Position numbers and translations under genes: made by a program | Assembly: GCA_963768655.1 (NCBI GenBank) | Contig: CAVYIM010000003.1 | Location: 576,001-640,000, forward strand | Direction of reading: 5' to 3' | DNA: 64,000 bases | Source: an uncultured Chloroflexia bacterium | Lineage (GTDB): Bacteria > Chloroflexota > Limnocylindria > Limnocylindrales > CSP1-4 | Notes under the pieces: model-generated | What the model saw: the letters and a program-made list of their open reading frames with translations, nothing else | Databases searched by the model: none | What the model was told of the DNA's origin: nothing | Part shown: positions 62,399 through 64,000 of the stretch, piece by piece | Layout: every line of letters starts with the position of its first letter | Position numbering within the stretch: the first letter of the stretch is position 1

Positions 62399-63640
62399 TT
62401 GGACACCAGGAAGCTCGCAGTATCAATGATCGCAGTGGCCGCCATCGTGACGGGCTGCTCATCCTCGGCGACGCCGTCCCCGACGGCGCCCCCGACCGCT
62501 GCACCGACCCCCGTGCAGCTCACCATCGGTTCATTCGACAGCACCTTCGCCGCGATGTCTCAGCTGACCAACCTGACCGGACAAGGTTCGGGCTCCGTCG
62601 GCGTGATCCTCCCCGACGTCACCACGTCGGCGCGGTACACCAGCTATGACCTCCCGTATCTGACCACGGCATTCCAGGATGCCGGCTACTCGTCCTCCCA
62701 GTTCAACATCCAGAACGCCTCTGGAACCACCACCACCGAGGTGGCGATCGCCCAGGCCGACATCGCCGCCGGTGCCAAGGTCCTTCTCGTGGACCCGCTT
62801 GACGGCCCGACCGGCACGCAGATCCAGTCTCTGGCCCAGAACGCCGGCATCCCGTACATCAGCTACGACCGCGCTACGTTCCAGGGCACGAACACCTACT
62901 ACGTCAGCTTCGACAACGTCCAGGTGGGCAAGCTCATCGGCCAGGGCTTCATGGACTGCGTCAAGGCGTGGAACGTCGCCAACCCGCAGGTCTACGAGCT
63001 GGATGGCGGCGAGGACACTGATCCGAACGCCATCTCGTTCGCCGCTGGTTACAACAACGTCGTCTGGGGCACGGCCCTGACGAACACGACCGTCCTCACC
63101 CCCGGCGGGACCAACAGCGCCGGCATGACGCTCGTCGGCGATGCGATTGCCCCCGGCTGGGACAACACCAAGGGCGGGTCCATCTTCCAGCAGGCCTACA
63201 CCGCCAACCCCAAGATCAACGCCACGATTGAGGCCAACGACGGCCTTGCCGGCGCCGTGATCACCGTCCTCAAGGGCGCGGGCGTCGCCGCCAAGACGAT
63301 CCCGACGACCGGACAGGACGCCACCCTCGCGGGCATGGAAGCCATTCTCCAGGGCTATCAGTGCGGTTCGGTCTACAAGCCGATCTACCTCGAAGCCCAG
63401 GCAGCGGTCGCGCTGGCCACCTATCTTCGCGCCAACGTGACGCCGCCCGCCGCCCTCGTCAACAGCACCACCACCGATCCGGCGGACACCTCCATCACTG
63501 AGCCGGCGGCTCTCCTGACCCCGGAGTGGGTCACCGCCACCAATATGGAGACGACCGTCATCAAGGACAAGTTCGTCAGCGTGACGGACCTGTGCAACGC
63601 TGTCGGCGCATCCGTCTGCACGGCCGCCGGCATCTCCTAA
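62399..63640 (+). CDS. sugar ABC transporter substrate-binding lipoprotein (XylF/ChvE-like)
   Basis: Lipobox VTGC; ISYDR, YVSFDNVQVG, ANDGLA, TGQDA, SVYKP. Confidence 0.9.
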   Translation: MDTRKLAVSMIAVAAIVTGCSSSATPSPTAPPTAAPTPVQLTIGSFDSTFAAMSQLTNLTGQGSGSVGVILPDVTTSARYTSYDLPYLTTAFQDAGYSSSQFNIQNASGTTTTEVAIAQADIAAGAKVLLVDPLDGPTGTQIQSLAQNAGIPYISYDRATFQGTNTYYVSFDNVQVGKLIGQGFMDCVKAWNVANPQVYELDGGEDTDPNAISFAAGYNNVVWGTALTNTTVLTPGGTNSAGMTLVGDAIAPGWDNTKGGSIFQQAYTANPKINATIEANDGLAGAVITVLKGAGVAAKTIPTTGQDATLAGMEAILQGYQCGSVYKPIYLEAQAAVALATYLRANVTPPAALVNSTTTDPADTSITEPAALLTPEWVTATNMETTVIKDKFVSVTDLCNAVGASVCTAAGIS

Positions 63641-63875
63641 CCGATAGCAGGTCGCGAGGGCGCATACGCCCAAGCGTATCGAGTCATCGCGACCCAGCCG
63701 TGTCGCACCCGCACTTCGCGGGTGCGACACGGCGTATTCAGGACCTGCGTGCGTGCGCACGTACGGCGGATAGACTGATATCGCACCCGGCGGAGCCACA
63801 GGCGCGCGAACCACGGATCGCAAACCGCCAGGAATTGCCAGGGACGCTTCGCGAGCGCAGATGGGAGTCCAAGCG

Positions 63876-64000
63876 ATGTCATTGACTCATATGGAGGAGC
63901 CCGCCGGAGGTGCTCCGGCCCCGGGGGGTCAGGCACTCGCCAATGGACCGGGGACCGCGGGGCCTCTGCTCATGCTGCGCGGCATCAGCAAGCACTTCGG
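63876..64000 (+). CDS. sugar ABC ATP-binding protein (5' part)
   Basis: PLLMLRGISKHF at the window edge, following the binding-protein gene. Confidence 0.75.
   Translation, partial: MSLTHMEEPAGGAPAPGGQALANGPGTAGPLLMLRGISKHF

Overview
GC-rich bacterial chromosome segment. Gene content and style suggest Chloroflexota, possibly Limnocylindria-like, but that is inference. Core genes: two tRNA-Ala genes, cysE-cysK, a LexA-controlled imuA-imuB-(DUF6504-like)-dnaE2 mutasome, ROK kinase-gap-pgk-eno, rpsT, lepA-CPBP-hemW and a ROK/sugar ABC locus. An ~18 kb accessory region (about 9170-27300) ends at the 3' end of tRNA-Ala(CGC). It is punctuated by 3-4 copies of a ~30-45 bp repeat that matches the tRNA 3' end except for a 5-bp shift of the distal motif, which is the attP-versus-attB geometry described for large serine recombinases (LSRs). 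Next to the tRNA lies an LSR-like gene broken into four scrambled pieces. Together these suggest a tRNA-anchored array of small cargo cassettes. Other highlights: a leaderless Cys-codon peptide attenuator upstream of cysE; a four-copy promoter motif for small membrane proteins beside a CheB-CheR kinase/NarL pair; S20 with a histone-like tail; DnaE2 with a ~315 aa insertion; an apparently exact 723 bp intragenic duplication; a probable CTG start codon; and a long structured leader. All calls come from reading the sequence by eye; no database searches were run.
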